From: Candidatus Geothermarchaeum rappei | GTDB taxonomy: Archaea > Thermoproteota > Nitrososphaeria > Geothermarchaeales > JDFR-13 | Assembly: GCA_002011085.2 (NCBI GenBank) | Contig: MTMB02000001.1 | Location: 41,820-105,819 of the forward strand | Direction: 5' to 3' | Length of the DNA stretch: 64,000 bases | Part shown: positions 29,425-39,213 of the stretch, in pieces | How positions within the stretch are numbered: position 1 is the stretch's first letter | Layout of the letters: each line of letters opens with the position of its first letter | Translations under genes and position numbers: made by a program | The notes under the pieces: model-generated | Database searches by the model: none | The model's input: only the letters and a program-made list of their open reading frames with translations | What the model was told of the DNA's origin: nothing

Positions 29425-30210
29425 CTATTGGTGCGTGATCCCTCCACCTAACTCATTTACTTTCTCCATCAGCTCCTTAGCAGCATCCTCTACTAGCTTC
29501 CTAGCCTCATCCTCAGTCTCTGCATATGTAGTTATATGTATCTCCAAGACCGGGCCTTTCGTCTCATGTCCCCTTGGATGGCTTTTAATATATATCTTTG
29601 GATACTTCTTCATAACCTTGTCAATATAGGGTGCAAATGCAGATTCAGGTATACCCACAACCCCGATGCTTTTCTCAGCATAATATTTATGGGGTGCCTT
29701 TTTAGCAAGTATTTTTTCAAGGTTCTCTTCGAATATAGCCTTCATCTCCCTTGGCACACCTGGTAAGGCAACTATTAACTTGCCATTGATCTCTATAAGG
29801 ATCCCGGGGGCCGTACCAGCTGAATTGGATAGGGGTATAGAGCCCTCAGGCATCTTAGCCATCTTCAGCCTCGCTTCCGTAAGCTCCATATTTGCAGCCT
29901 CAAACTTCCTCTTAACCTCTTTATATGCCTTTGGGTTTATTACCCACCTCCTGTTCAGCGCCTTAGCCAAGGCCTCACTTGTTTTATCATCGAATGTAGG
30001 CCCTAATCCCCCTGTACTGATAACTAGGTCAGCATGTCTTATTGCTTCTCTGAATGCTTGTATTATATCATCTTCTTCATCGGGTATTGTAATCATCTTT
30101 CTTACTTCTATCCCCATTGTAGTCAGCTTTTTTGCTAGCCACGCTGAGTTTGTATTCACAATTCTGCCTATGAGTATCTCATTGCCTATTGTGATTATCC
30201 ATGCTTTCAT
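29425..30210 (-). CDS. CinA-like / molybdopterin-binding (MoCF_biosynth) domain protein
   Basis: N-terminus MKAWIITIGNEILIGRIVNTNSAWLAKKL and TGGLGPTFDD motif, typical of the COG1058 domain. 261 aa. Confidence 0.65.
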   Translation of the reverse strand: MKAWIITIGNEILIGRIVNTNSAWLAKKLTTMGIEVRKMITIPDEEDDIIQAFREAIRHADLVISTGGLGPTFDDKTSEALAKALNRRWVINPKAYKEVKRKFEAANMELTEARLKMAKMPEGSIPLSNSAGTAPGILIEINGKLIVALPGVPREMKAIFEENLEKILAKKAPHKYYAEKSIGVVGIPESAFAPYIDKVMKKYPKIYIKSHPRGHETKGPVLEIHITTYAETEDEARKLVEDAAKELMEKVNELGGGITHQ

Positions 30211-30272
30211 GGTAATAACCTAAATTTTTATTGTATCTTTCTTTAAAATAATTTAACTTAAATATCCACCGA

Positions 30273-31310
30273 TTGAATAACACTGTTGTAGGAGGTGTAG
30301 GAGCGTTGGCCCTGGATTTGGGACTGGGTAAGCGGTCGATTGGATTTGAGTCGATTAGGTTATCAGTGCCGGAGAAGAAGGGGGATCCATCTAAGACATA
30401 TGATGTTATCATAGTAGGATCTGGACCAGCAGGTTTTACGGCGGGTATCTATGCTGCTAGGGCTGGTTTAGAAACACTTATAGTAGCAGGATATACGTGG
30501 GGTGGCCAGCCTATGATCACTACATTAATAGAGAACTACCCTGGTTTCCCCGAGGGTATAAATGGACCTGAGCTAATGGATAGGATGCGAAAGCAAGTGG
30601 CTCGTTTTGGAGTGGAGTTTGTAGACGCTGATGCTACAAAGCTTGAATTGAATAAACGGCCTTTCGAGGTTTATGTAGGCGAGGCCATATTCAAAGGCAG
30701 AACGATTATAATAGCAACTGGGGCAAAACATAGAGAGCTTGGTCTCGAGGCGGAGAAACGTCTACTTGGCCGTGGTGTGTCATACTGTGCTACATGTGAC
30801 GGATACTTCTTCAAAGGTCTGAATGTGGCTGTAGTAGGAGGCGGAGACGCGGCGTTGACTGATGCTATCTATTTAGCCAGTATTGCTAAAGAAGTATATT
30901 TAATTCATAGGAGGGATGAGTTTAGGGCTACGAAATATCTCCAGAATCGTATAGCCGAGTACCCTAATATTAAGCCTATAATGAATACCATAGTCATAGA
31001 TATCCTGGGAGAAGATAAGGTAACTGGTCTTAAGCTTCTGAATAAAGTAACTGGTGAAGAGTCTATACTTGATGTAGACGGTGTGTTTATCGCAATAGGA
31101 TATGATCCGGCTGTTGATCTTGTAAAGGACCAGCTTGAACTTACAGAGGATGGGTTTATAAAGACATATGGGTTTACCAAGACAAGTATAGAAGGTGTCT
31201 TTGCTGCGGGGGATGTGATGGACCCAAGGTATCAGCAGTTAGTTACCGCCGCAGCATTTGGTGCCATGGCGGCGATGGACGCTGAAGAATATCTACGTAG
31301 TAGTGAGTAA
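30273..31310 (+). CDS. trxB: Thioredoxin-disulfide reductase
   Basis: FAD motif VIIVGSGPAG, redox centre CATCDG, NADPH motif VVGGGDAA, C-terminal GVFAAGDV. TTG start at 30273 is uncertain. Confidence 0.88.
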   Translation: MNNTVVGGVGALALDLGLGKRSIGFESIRLSVPEKKGDPSKTYDVIIVGSGPAGFTAGIYAARAGLETLIVAGYTWGGQPMITTLIENYPGFPEGINGPELMDRMRKQVARFGVEFVDADATKLELNKRPFEVYVGEAIFKGRTIIIATGAKHRELGLEAEKRLLGRGVSYCATCDGYFFKGLNVAVVGGGDAALTDAIYLASIAKEVYLIHRRDEFRATKYLQNRIAEYPNIKPIMNTIVIDILGEDKVTGLKLLNKVTGEESILDVDGVFIAIGYDPAVDLVKDQLELTEDGFIKTYGFTKTSIEGVFAAGDVMDPRYQQLVTAAAFGAMAAMDAEEYLRSSE

Positions 31311-31760
31311 TCTACTTCCTCTATTTCTGAGATAAAGGTAGGAGAGTATTCCAAGCAAGATCCAGATAAGTAGAGAAAAAACTCCTCTAGGATAGTCAGC
31401 CATGTATATTGAGAAATACAATAGGCCTCCTATACCAGTTAAGATTAAGACTACTGGTATGACAACTTCGATCTTATAAAACATAGGTGTAGATATTTCG
31501 GTCTTCCTTATATACTTCGGCATGATTTTACTCGTGAGTATCTCCATGCCCTTATCCGTAAGGGATACATAAACCTTTCCACTAATGTATTTCTTAACAA
31601 TATATCCCTCCTTTTCAAGATTCTTAAGCCGATGGTCAACCGCTTGCCTGGTAATGTTATATACATTGGATAACTCTGATGGATGTACTTCACCATGTTC
31701 TCTGATGTAGTTTAATATACTGAGGTATATGGGGTCATCAGAGATCTTCTTATATTTCAT
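31293..31760 (-). CDS. Winged-helix (MarR/ArsR-like) DNA-binding protein with C-terminal transmembrane segments
   Basis: N-terminal wHTH-like region (LSILNYIREHGEVHPSELSNVYNITRQAVDHRLKNLEKEGYI) followed by two hydrophobic helices. Confidence 0.5.
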   Translation of the reverse strand: MKYKKISDDPIYLSILNYIREHGEVHPSELSNVYNITRQAVDHRLKNLEKEGYIVKKYISGKVYVSLTDKGMEILTSKIMPKYIRKTEISTPMFYKIEVVIPVVLILTGIGGLLYFSIYMADYPRGVFSLLIWILLGILSYLYLRNRGSRLLTTT

Positions 31761-31861
31761 CTATTTTTCCTCCATATCAGTATTTCTCCAAACGCAATTT
31801 TATTATGATATACAAATAAAATTTTGTAGAGCATGTGTTAAAAGTAGTTTGGTGATGTATT

Positions 31862-32746
31862 ATGATCATAGCTGCGCCTGATTTTTCATTTGAGAGGGCC
31901 GGGAAAATAGCTATAAACATGGGTGTAGATTCAATAGAGATAGCTACACGTATATTTCCCAATGGAGAGGTATTGGCTAGAATCATGGATACAAGTTTGG
32001 TTGATGGAAGCGATGTGCTATTATTCCATCCTACTTATCCAGAAACAAACTACAGGCTCTTCCTTCTTTTCCAATCTGTCGAGGCCTTAAAATACTACGG
32101 AGCTAAAAAAGTTATGACTGTAATTCCTTATCTATCATATTCTAGACAGGACAAACGATTTTTAGAAGGAGAATCTCTAAGCCTAAAACTATTCCTCGAT
32201 ATTCTACATAATATTGGAGTAGATACCCTTATTTCATTTGACGTCCATAATGCTTCGGCTCTTAAGAAATATGCTAAGATGAAGGTTGAGACATTATCAC
32301 TTTATAACGATATCATAAGGTATGTTGTAGAAAGCTTGATTGGAGACAGGAAGTTTATCTTGGTGGCACCAGATAAAGGTAGGTTAGATACTGTTAAAAC
32401 GCTAGCGAAGAGCTTTTCATGTGACTATACATACTTTATAAAGGAGCGAGACAGGTATACAGGGGAAATCGTTGTTAAAGAAGCTGATGACATTGGGAAA
32501 GTAGAAACAGCGATCATATTAGATGACGAGATCTCCAGTGGAGGCACCATGGCCAAGGTAGCTAAAAGGCTGAAAGAGAGTGGTGTAGATATGATCATAG
32601 CCGCTGCAGTGCATCTCCTATTAGTTGGTAACGCTGTAGATAGGCTATATAATGCGGGGATAAGCTATATCATAGGGTCTAATACCGTTGATAATCCATA
32701 TTCGACTGTGGAGATCGAGGGTAAAATAGCGAGTTTATTTACATAG
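31862..32746 (+). CDS. prs: Ribose-phosphate pyrophosphokinase
   Basis: PRPP-binding loop ILDDEISSGGTM, YSRQDKRF motif, 294 aa. Confidence 0.85.
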   Translation: MIIAAPDFSFERAGKIAINMGVDSIEIATRIFPNGEVLARIMDTSLVDGSDVLLFHPTYPETNYRLFLLFQSVEALKYYGAKKVMTVIPYLSYSRQDKRFLEGESLSLKLFLDILHNIGVDTLISFDVHNASALKKYAKMKVETLSLYNDIIRYVVESLIGDRKFILVAPDKGRLDTVKTLAKSFSCDYTYFIKERDRYTGEIVVKEADDIGKVETAIILDDEISSGGTMAKVAKRLKESGVDMIIAAAVHLLLVGNAVDRLYNAGISYIIGSNTVDNPYSTVEIEGKIASLFT

Positions 32747-32767
32747 CTTTACATAGGTTGGGTTAAC

Positions 32768-33799
32768 ATGTTATTTGGATTCTGGATCTCCATGGACTTT
32801 CCAGATATCTCGGAGTTCGAAGTACTTACGCTTATTAAGGCATATGGAGGGCGTGTAAGGAAGCATTTTAGGAGACGCCGGCTTCTCATTGTAGATACAG
32901 ATCTTTCTCCTGAGGTTATTCGACATATCATCATGAGGTCAGCAACAGTCAGGGAAGGATTCAAGATCTATGAATACAAGGTTAACGCTACATACAAAGA
33001 GGTGGTAACACAAGAGCTGGAGTCAGATATATACGCTTCCAAGAAACTCGGTATCAAAGTCCTTTTAGATAAACCAAAAGAATACTTAGGCTGGGACACC
33101 GCAGATGTATCTAGGGAGATTGCCAGATATGTCTTAAAGGATTATTCTGGGGATGTTGATCTAAAGTCTCCTGATAAACGCTTTGTATTTATATTTGTTG
33201 AAGACCTGGTTATATCCGCATTGGAGCTAGTTGGTAAACATAGCAAGGGCTTCAGGGATAGACTACCCAGTAAAAGACCGGTGTTTTCACCTTTCTCCCT
33301 CCACCCCAAACTTGCTAGGACCATGATAAACCTATCTGGGGCACTAGAGGGAGAAACAATCCTAGACCCCTTCTCCGGTGTTGGAGGCATATCAGTAGAG
33401 GCCTCGCTCATGGGTATCAACAGCATATGCATTGAGATAATGTATAAATGGGCCCTGGGATGTTGGGAAAACGCTAGATGGGCCGATCCAGTCTATGTAT
33501 ACACTGACGTCATATGTGGTGACTCTCTCCATGGTATGATTAGGAACGTTAAATATGTGGTTACGGATCCTCCATATGGTCGGATAACCTCTATCGGAGG
33601 CTATACACACTCTAAATCCCTTATAGAGCATTTTCTAGAATATCTATCGACAATCGAGTCGCTGGTTAGAACTGTATTTATGGTTCCAATTGACTTTAAA
33701 TTAGATATGGATAAATATGGATTAGTAGAGATTAATAGATTCGAAATACCAGTACACAGTGGATTAACGAGGGTGCTACGTGTTGTTGAGCGAGAATGA
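32768..33799 (+). CDS. trm11: THUMP-domain tRNA (guanine-N2) methyltransferase (archaeal Trm-G10 / Trm11 family)
   Basis: SAM motif ILDPFSGVGG and catalytic VTDPPYG. The N-terminal half has THUMP size. Confidence 0.7.
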   Translation: MLFGFWISMDFPDISEFEVLTLIKAYGGRVRKHFRRRRLLIVDTDLSPEVIRHIIMRSATVREGFKIYEYKVNATYKEVVTQELESDIYASKKLGIKVLLDKPKEYLGWDTADVSREIARYVLKDYSGDVDLKSPDKRFVFIFVEDLVISALELVGKHSKGFRDRLPSKRPVFSPFSLHPKLARTMINLSGALEGETILDPFSGVGGISVEASLMGINSICIEIMYKWALGCWENARWADPVYVYTDVICGDSLHGMIRNVKYVVTDPPYGRITSIGGYTHSKSLIEHFLEYLSTIESLVRTVFMVPIDFKLDMDKYGLVEINRFEIPVHSGLTRVLRVVERE

Positions 33800-34733
33800 G
33801 TCTGGAGATATAATTAGGATAATCTTCTTGGGGACGTCTGCAGGCGTCCCCACAAAGGATAGAAACGTAACTAGTGTACTTGTCTTAAGGAGAGGTGAAT
33901 ACATATTCTTCGACTTCGGCGAGGGAACCCAGAGACAGGTATTTACATTAGGACTTGGGTTCAGAAAGAGGATAAAGATCTTTGTTTCACATATGCATGG
34001 TGATCACATACTCGGTTTACCTGGTCTTCTACAGACTCTATCCTTGTTTAAGAGGACAGCACCCCTGGAAATATACGGCCCTCCACAGCTTAAACAATTT
34101 ATTGAATTAACGACTGAGATGATGAATGTAGAACTGAGTTTTCCAATACATTTTCATACAGTCTATGATGGCGCTGAGTTCCACTTTAGAGATTATTATG
34201 TGAAAGCTGTACGTAACATGCATTGGGGAATAAGCTTTTCATACATGCTTAAGGAGTATGATAGGCCTGGAACATTTAATGTAGAACTCGCCTCTTCCCT
34301 AGGTATACCAAAGGAGTATTGGGGACCTCTTTCTAGAGGAGAAGACATCACATATAATGGAAAAACGTATAGATCCAGCGACTTCTTCATCCCACCACCC
34401 ATAAAAGGTAGAAAGATTGTCTTCTCGGGAGACACGATGCCATTTGATGGAATGATTGAACTAGCTAGAGATGCGGATGTACTTATACATGAAGCTACTT
34501 ATACCACAGGCTACTATGAACGTAGCCTTGAAACACAGCATACAACCGCAAGAGATGCAGCTGAAATTGCTAGGAAAAGCAACGTAAAAATTTTGGTTCT
34601 AACACATTTTAGCGCTAGATATGGTGATGTAGAGGAGTTAATTGAAGAAGCTAGAGAGGTATTCCCCTCTACATTCATTGCTAATGATTTGGATTACATC
34701 GATATCCCTTATATAAAGCCTAAAAGGAAGTAA
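33780..34733 (+). CDS. rnz: Ribonuclease Z (tRNA 3' endonuclease)
   Basis: Metallo-beta-lactamase motif SHMHGDH, FLGTSAGVPT N-terminus, THFSARY near the C-terminus. Confidence 0.88.
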   Translation: MLLSENESGDIIRIIFLGTSAGVPTKDRNVTSVLVLRRGEYIFFDFGEGTQRQVFTLGLGFRKRIKIFVSHMHGDHILGLPGLLQTLSLFKRTAPLEIYGPPQLKQFIELTTEMMNVELSFPIHFHTVYDGAEFHFRDYYVKAVRNMHWGISFSYMLKEYDRPGTFNVELASSLGIPKEYWGPLSRGEDITYNGKTYRSSDFFIPPPIKGRKIVFSGDTMPFDGMIELARDADVLIHEATYTTGYYERSLETQHTTARDAAEIARKSNVKILVLTHFSARYGDVEELIEEAREVFPSTFIANDLDYIDIPYIKPKRK

Positions 34734-35184
34734 ACCAGCTTATTATCCTACGCGGTTCATCCACCTTAATCCTCACAATAATCTCTCCTAAAGGCGATTC
34801 ACCGGGTTCACATAGATTTAGTACACCTGCGAAAGCTGCTTGTTTATGTAGGAACAGTATTATTTCACCTTTTGTGTCATCGGCATATTTGTTTAAATAT
34901 CTTCTTAGTGTTGCAAGCACCCGTCTCTGCCTAAAATGGTTAAATATCCTTATAACCGCATCTTTTCCCTCTGCTCTTATAATTAGAAGAGTATGGCTTG
35001 GAGAAACTTTTTCCTCCCTAATTTGTCCATCTACCACGTTCCTAATACACTGAGACACCCTCTCCATATCTTCACATGGATATACCATCGCCTGAACAGT
35101 TATAGAAGCCTTTTCTATGGCCTGCATAACTTCAGATTCTTCTTTTATCCTTTCTCTGATATACTTACTTTTTTTCTTTGTCAA
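34720..35184 (-). CDS. UPF0201 / COG1931-like predicted RNA-binding protein
   Basis: 154 aa with LHKQAAFAGVLNL...SPLGEIIVRI, resembling the UPF0201 family. Adjacent to a UPF0200-like kinase gene. Recognised from memory. Confidence 0.45.
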   Translation of the reverse strand: MTKKKSKYIRERIKEESEVMQAIEKASITVQAMVYPCEDMERVSQCIRNVVDGQIREEKVSPSHTLLIIRAEGKDAVIRIFNHFRQRRVLATLRRYLNKYADDTKGEIILFLHKQAAFAGVLNLCEPGESPLGEIIVRIKVDEPRRIISWFTSF

Positions 35185-35744
35185 TTCACATCCTCCATAA
35201 TTAGTTTAAGAAGCTTTTTAGCCTCTTCTATACCCTCCTCCACCGTGATTTCCTCGTTTATAAAATAGTAGTCTGCCTCTCTAATAACATCTACAAGACC
35301 TATATCCCTCTCCCTATTCTCCCTGGATATAAACTCACTTAATGTCTTAATATCGTCTCTTCTCTTCCTCGTAATTATTCTCTTAAATCTCGTTTGGAAG
35401 CGAGCTATCACCGCTATTAATACCACCCTATGCCCTGTGCCTCTAAAGTACTCTAACTCTTCAATATTTCTAAGCCCATCAATCAAAATGTACATAGAAT
35501 CCTCTTTCCTATCTTTAATTTTATCTATTGTTAATCTAGCTACAATGTCTCTTCCAAATTTTCTCCTAATCTCCTTCATGAACAAGCCTGTGTGATGCGC
35601 ATCATCCTTACCATATTCAGCCTTAGCCGCCTCCCTAATTATATCTCCCATAATGTAAACAGGTATCCCTAGTTCCCTCGCGGCTTTGACTAGGATGCTT
35701 TTACCTGCTCCCGGAAGCCCTACTGTACATATAAGTGTCTTCAT
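35181..35744 (-). CDS. P-loop nucleotide kinase-like protein (UPF0200 / dephospho-CoA kinase-like)
   Basis: N-terminal P-loop VGLPGAGKS. 187 aa. 4-nt overlap with the downstream UPF0201-like gene. Confidence 0.55.
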   Translation of the reverse strand: MKTLICTVGLPGAGKSILVKAARELGIPVYIMGDIIREAAKAEYGKDDAHHTGLFMKEIRRKFGRDIVARLTIDKIKDRKEDSMYILIDGLRNIEELEYFRGTGHRVVLIAVIARFQTRFKRIITRKRRDDIKTLSEFISRENRERDIGLVDVIREADYYFINEEITVEEGIEEAKKLLKLIMEDVN

Positions 35745-35843
35745 ACCCTCCCTCCTTTTGTCATAAAATTAGTTTATTTAACTTATTCATAAGATTAATT
35801 TAGGAAGGGTAATTTAATGTTATCCCTAGTAGGTGGGGTTAAA

Positions 35844-36401
35844 ATGCGGTTATTCATCGCCTTCGATGTAGATGATGCTTCCATAGTTAGTAAGGTTATG
35901 GATATCCAAAGGATCTTGGTTAGAGAGGGGGTTAAAGGGACATTTCCCGATCAGGAGCAGTTACATGTAACTATAAAATTTTTGGGAGAGACTCCGGATG
36001 ATAAGGTTGAATTATTAAAGACTAAGCTGGCAGAGATTAAAGCCCCTAAATTTGAGGTATTTTTTGATGGAGTGACTGGCTTTCCATCGCTATCTTCACC
36101 TAGAGTCGTAGTCATCCGTTTACTTGAGAACGATACTCTCCTGAAGATTTTCCATGACATTGAGAAGATCACGTCTTCAATGGGCTTTAGACGTGAGAGC
36201 AGGGCATTTAAACCCCATTTAACCATCGCTAGGGTGAAGAAACCATGGAGTTGGAAGCGTCATCTGGCTAAGATATTATCTGGAGTATCTATAGACATGA
36301 GGATGACGGTTGAATGTATTAAGCTAAAGAAGAGTACACTGACGCCGACCGGACCTATTTATGAGGATGTAGATGTATATTGGTTGGAGAGAGGGGTATG
36401 A
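35844..36401 (+). CDS. thpR: RNA 2',3'-cyclic phosphodiesterase (2'-5' RNA ligase family, ThpR/LigT)
   Basis: Two H-x-T/S-x motifs (HVTIKFLG and HLTIAR). MRLFIAF N-terminus. ATG at 35844 preceded by GGTGGGG. Confidence 0.85.
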   Translation: MRLFIAFDVDDASIVSKVMDIQRILVREGVKGTFPDQEQLHVTIKFLGETPDDKVELLKTKLAEIKAPKFEVFFDGVTGFPSLSSPRVVVIRLLENDTLLKIFHDIEKITSSMGFRRESRAFKPHLTIARVKKPWSWKRHLAKILSGVSIDMRMTVECIKLKKSTLTPTGPIYEDVDVYWLERGV

Positions 36402-37813
36402 TCTCGAAAGATAAGGATATAAAAATTAGGGACATATTATCACTTGTATTAGATAAGATCAAGATAGATGAAGAGAGTTACAATAAGATACTAGAGTATG
36501 TAACGGAGATAGTGGATAAGGTGAGGCGGCTCACATCAAATTATCTCGAGGATCCTGATAACGATATTTTTCTCGGAGGATCTTTTCCAAGAAAGACTTT
36601 TGTAAAAGATAATTATGATATTGATATCTTTATCAGGTTTCCCCCCGGTCTCACCAGAAATGAGTTGAGGAGGATAGTGTTTGATGCTGCATACAAATTA
36701 TTTGGAAAGGATAATGTGAGAGAGCGGTTTGCTGACCATCCCTATGCAGAAGCCACTGTAAATGGAATAACAATTAACATAGTCCCATCATACAAAACAG
36801 AGCCACCCAACTGGATGAGTCCCGTGGACCGCTCATATTTCCACACCAAATACCTTTCCAAGAAACTCCCAAGGGACTTGGTTGATGACGTCCTGCTGTT
36901 CAAAGCTTTCCTAAAGGGCGTGGGATGTTATGGGGCTGAGATATCGATAAAAGGCTTTTCGGGATATCTCTCCGAGCTCCTAATCATATATTATGGTGGT
37001 TTTAAAAAAGCATTGGATAAAATAGCTAAATGGAAGCCTCCAGTAATTATTGACATAGAGAATCACTATAATACGGAGAGAGAGATTCTCGACATGTTCC
37101 CTAAATCACATTTAATTGTAATTGATCCTATTGATAAGGGGAGGAATGTAGCGAGTGCATTAAGCCTAAGGAATTTCAGTAGAATAATCTCTGCTTCAAG
37201 AGCATTTATAAAATCCCCAAGAAAGGAGTTTTTCTACCCGTTTTCAAGAATAGTGATTGAAAACTACCTTTATAGTATATCTCTAAATAAGATCACTAAG
37301 ATGCCTATACTAACTATCCTCCTTATACATGGCGAAAAAATAGAAGATATTTATCATGGTCAGCTAGAGAAACTAGCTAAGAAAATTAGTAGGCAAATTG
37401 AATTACACGATGTAGATGTCTTGAAAACATCTATTTACAGTGACTATAAAGAGAAAAGTCTCATCCTCTTCTTCCTATCCTCTAAATCAATCCCCGGGTT
37501 CTACGTTAAGAAAGGCCCACCTGTATACTTTAAGAGTGAAGAAGACTATCTAACTAAAAACCGTGGTTCCCAATATCTATGGATAGATGCCGACGGCAAA
37601 TGGTCCTCTATAAAGAAAAGAAATTATATCGATGTCAAGGAGCTTGTAATCGAGATACTTAACAATAAAGTAATTAAAATTCCTAGTGAAATAGTGGATG
37701 ATGAAATACATGTATTGTACATTGATGAAATGGATCGGGAGTTTCTGGAGAATTTTAGGAGCTGGATCACCTCCTTTGTCAAGGGTGAAGATTTTTGGAG
37801 GACGTTTTACTAG
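36398..37813 (+). CDS. cca: CCA-adding enzyme (archaeal class I tRNA nucleotidyltransferase)
   Basis: Nucleotidyltransferase motif GGSFPRKTFVKDNYDIDIF. About 470 aa. ATGA start/stop overlap with thpR. Confidence 0.88.
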   Translation: MISKDKDIKIRDILSLVLDKIKIDEESYNKILEYVTEIVDKVRRLTSNYLEDPDNDIFLGGSFPRKTFVKDNYDIDIFIRFPPGLTRNELRRIVFDAAYKLFGKDNVRERFADHPYAEATVNGITINIVPSYKTEPPNWMSPVDRSYFHTKYLSKKLPRDLVDDVLLFKAFLKGVGCYGAEISIKGFSGYLSELLIIYYGGFKKALDKIAKWKPPVIIDIENHYNTEREILDMFPKSHLIVIDPIDKGRNVASALSLRNFSRIISASRAFIKSPRKEFFYPFSRIVIENYLYSISLNKITKMPILTILLIHGEKIEDIYHGQLEKLAKKISRQIELHDVDVLKTSIYSDYKEKSLILFFLSSKSIPGFYVKKGPPVYFKSEEDYLTKNRGSQYLWIDADGKWSSIKKRNYIDVKELVIEILNNKVIKIPSEIVDDEIHVLYIDEMDREFLENFRSWITSFVKGEDFWRTFY

Positions 37814-38604
37814 TCCCTACTAACCCCTCTCTATTGGAGACAGGGAAGTACAGGAAGCTTTTATTTACTATCCTGACTTATCCAAAGACGCATTACGAGT
37901 TAGCCAGAGAGCGTCTTGAGATCCTCAGATCCGTGGGTGTCGACGCCTTCCTCCTTGACGGAGATGTAAATGTTGACGGTGTTCCCGTACTGGGTAAGGG
38001 AACCAACAGTATTGTTGTAAAGGCATATTATAGGGAGCGTTTAGTCGTGGTGAAGATACTTAGATTAGATGCATCGCGTGATTCTCTAGAGAACGAAGCT
38101 AAGATACTTGAATACATTAAGGATAGGGATATTGCTCCTGAACCTATTCTATATAAAGACTGGTTTTTGATACAAGAATTTATACAAGGTACTCTCCTAG
38201 GAAGCTTTATAAATGAAGATATCTACGTCTACAGCAAGTGGGAGATCGAAAGTTTTCTAGAGACGCTTTTTAAGAAGGCATATACCCTGGATAAGTTGGG
38301 CGTTGATCATGGTGAGTTGACAAGGCCCAATAAGCATGTCATAGTGCTGGATAACCTGGATTCACGTATAATCGACTTTGAATCCGCCTCTCTCAGGAGG
38401 ACGCCGAAGAACCTTACATCGTTGTACCAATACATCTTCATAAGGTCTCCTGCGTCAAACTACCTTAGATCTATCTTCGGGATAAAAAATATGGATGAAA
38501 TCATTGATATACTATCCAGATACAAGAAAAACTGTAATGAAGATACTTTTGTAGAGGTTCTTAACACTTTTAGGGAAAGTAAATTAACTCCGAGTAAAAT
38601 TTAA
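37795..38604 (+). CDS. Atypical protein-kinase-fold protein (RIO/Bud32-like, COG2112-like)
   Basis: G-loop LGKGTNSIV, VVVKIL lysine, catalytic-loop-like DHGELTRPNKHV (Glu where RIO/Bud32 have Asp in HGDL), metal-binding IIDFESA. TTG start overlaps the cca end by 19 nt. Start is uncertain. Confidence 0.5.
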   Translation: MEDVLLVPTNPSLLETGKYRKLLFTILTYPKTHYELARERLEILRSVGVDAFLLDGDVNVDGVPVLGKGTNSIVVKAYYRERLVVVKILRLDASRDSLENEAKILEYIKDRDIAPEPILYKDWFLIQEFIQGTLLGSFINEDIYVYSKWEIESFLETLFKKAYTLDKLGVDHGELTRPNKHVIVLDNLDSRIIDFESASLRRTPKNLTSLYQYIFIRSPASNYLRSIFGIKNMDEIIDILSRYKKNCNEDTFVEVLNTFRESKLTPSKI

Positions 38605-38649
38605 AACCTTTGTAGTTGTATTAGATTAAAAAGGAGAGGTTTGTCATTC

Positions 38650-38741
38650 GGGTCCGTGGTCTAGCTTGGTAGGATGCCAGCCTGGGGTGGTTCCCCCCAG
38701 AGCGCTGGTGGTCCGGGGTTCAAATCCCCGCGGACCCACCA
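38650..38741 (+). tRNA. tRNA-Pro (anticodon GGG) with a 15-nt intron at position 37/38, 3' CCA encoded
   Basis: Acceptor GGGTCCG/CGGACCC. Anticodon stem CCAGC/GCTGG encloses 22 nt, which is the loop CTGGGG..C plus intron TGGTTCCCCCCAGAG. T-arm CGGGG-TTCAAAT-CCCCG. Confidence 0.85.
38688..38702 (+). other. tRNA-Pro intron (canonical 37/38 position, bulge-helix-bulge type expected)
   Basis: The intron TGGTTCCCCCCAGAG can pair (CCCCAG) with the anticodon-region CTGGGG, as expected for archaeal splicing endonuclease substrates. Confidence 0.7.
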
Positions 38742-38844
38742 TATAACAACTAAAAACACGTAATTCACTAGTGATAACAATCCTAATAATTATAGAGAAA
38801 CAACTAAGAAATTAGTATGGAATGTAGAGAAAAATCGTTTTTCT

Positions 38845-39144
38845 CTATATGTTCTCCACGTATATCTCTTCTTCCTTCTGCATTGCTATTAGAGATAATA
38901 CTCTTATTGTTGTACGGATCTTCTCTGGATCCAGTTTTTCTCCGTAGTTCTCAACATAAATGAATGTCCTTATTTCATTGTCCTCATAGTATACTACAGT
39001 CCTCTTCTCATCAGTATAATATGGTCCTTTTAGATTCAAGTCTAGTAACTTAGCCTCCTTCCTAAGTATCTTCATTAACTCATATACCTTCTCTGGCGCC
39101 ATCTTCTCTGGTACATAGACAGATATAACTCCCTTCATATCCAC
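38845..39144 (-). CDS. Hypothetical 99-aa protein downstream of orc1/cdc6
   Basis: ORF with normal composition, 69 nt downstream of the Orc1/Cdc6 gene on the same strand. No family recognised. Confidence 0.4.
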   Translation of the reverse strand: MDMKGVISVYVPEKMAPEKVYELMKILRKEAKLLDLNLKGPYYTDEKRTVVYYEDNEIRTFIYVENYGEKLDPEKIRTTIRVLSLIAMQKEEEIYVENI

Positions 39145-39213
39145 TCAATAAAATAAGCCTCAAATGCCGTGTAACTTTCTCTGTAACAAAAGGAGGGAGT
39201 AGAGTGAAAGTAT

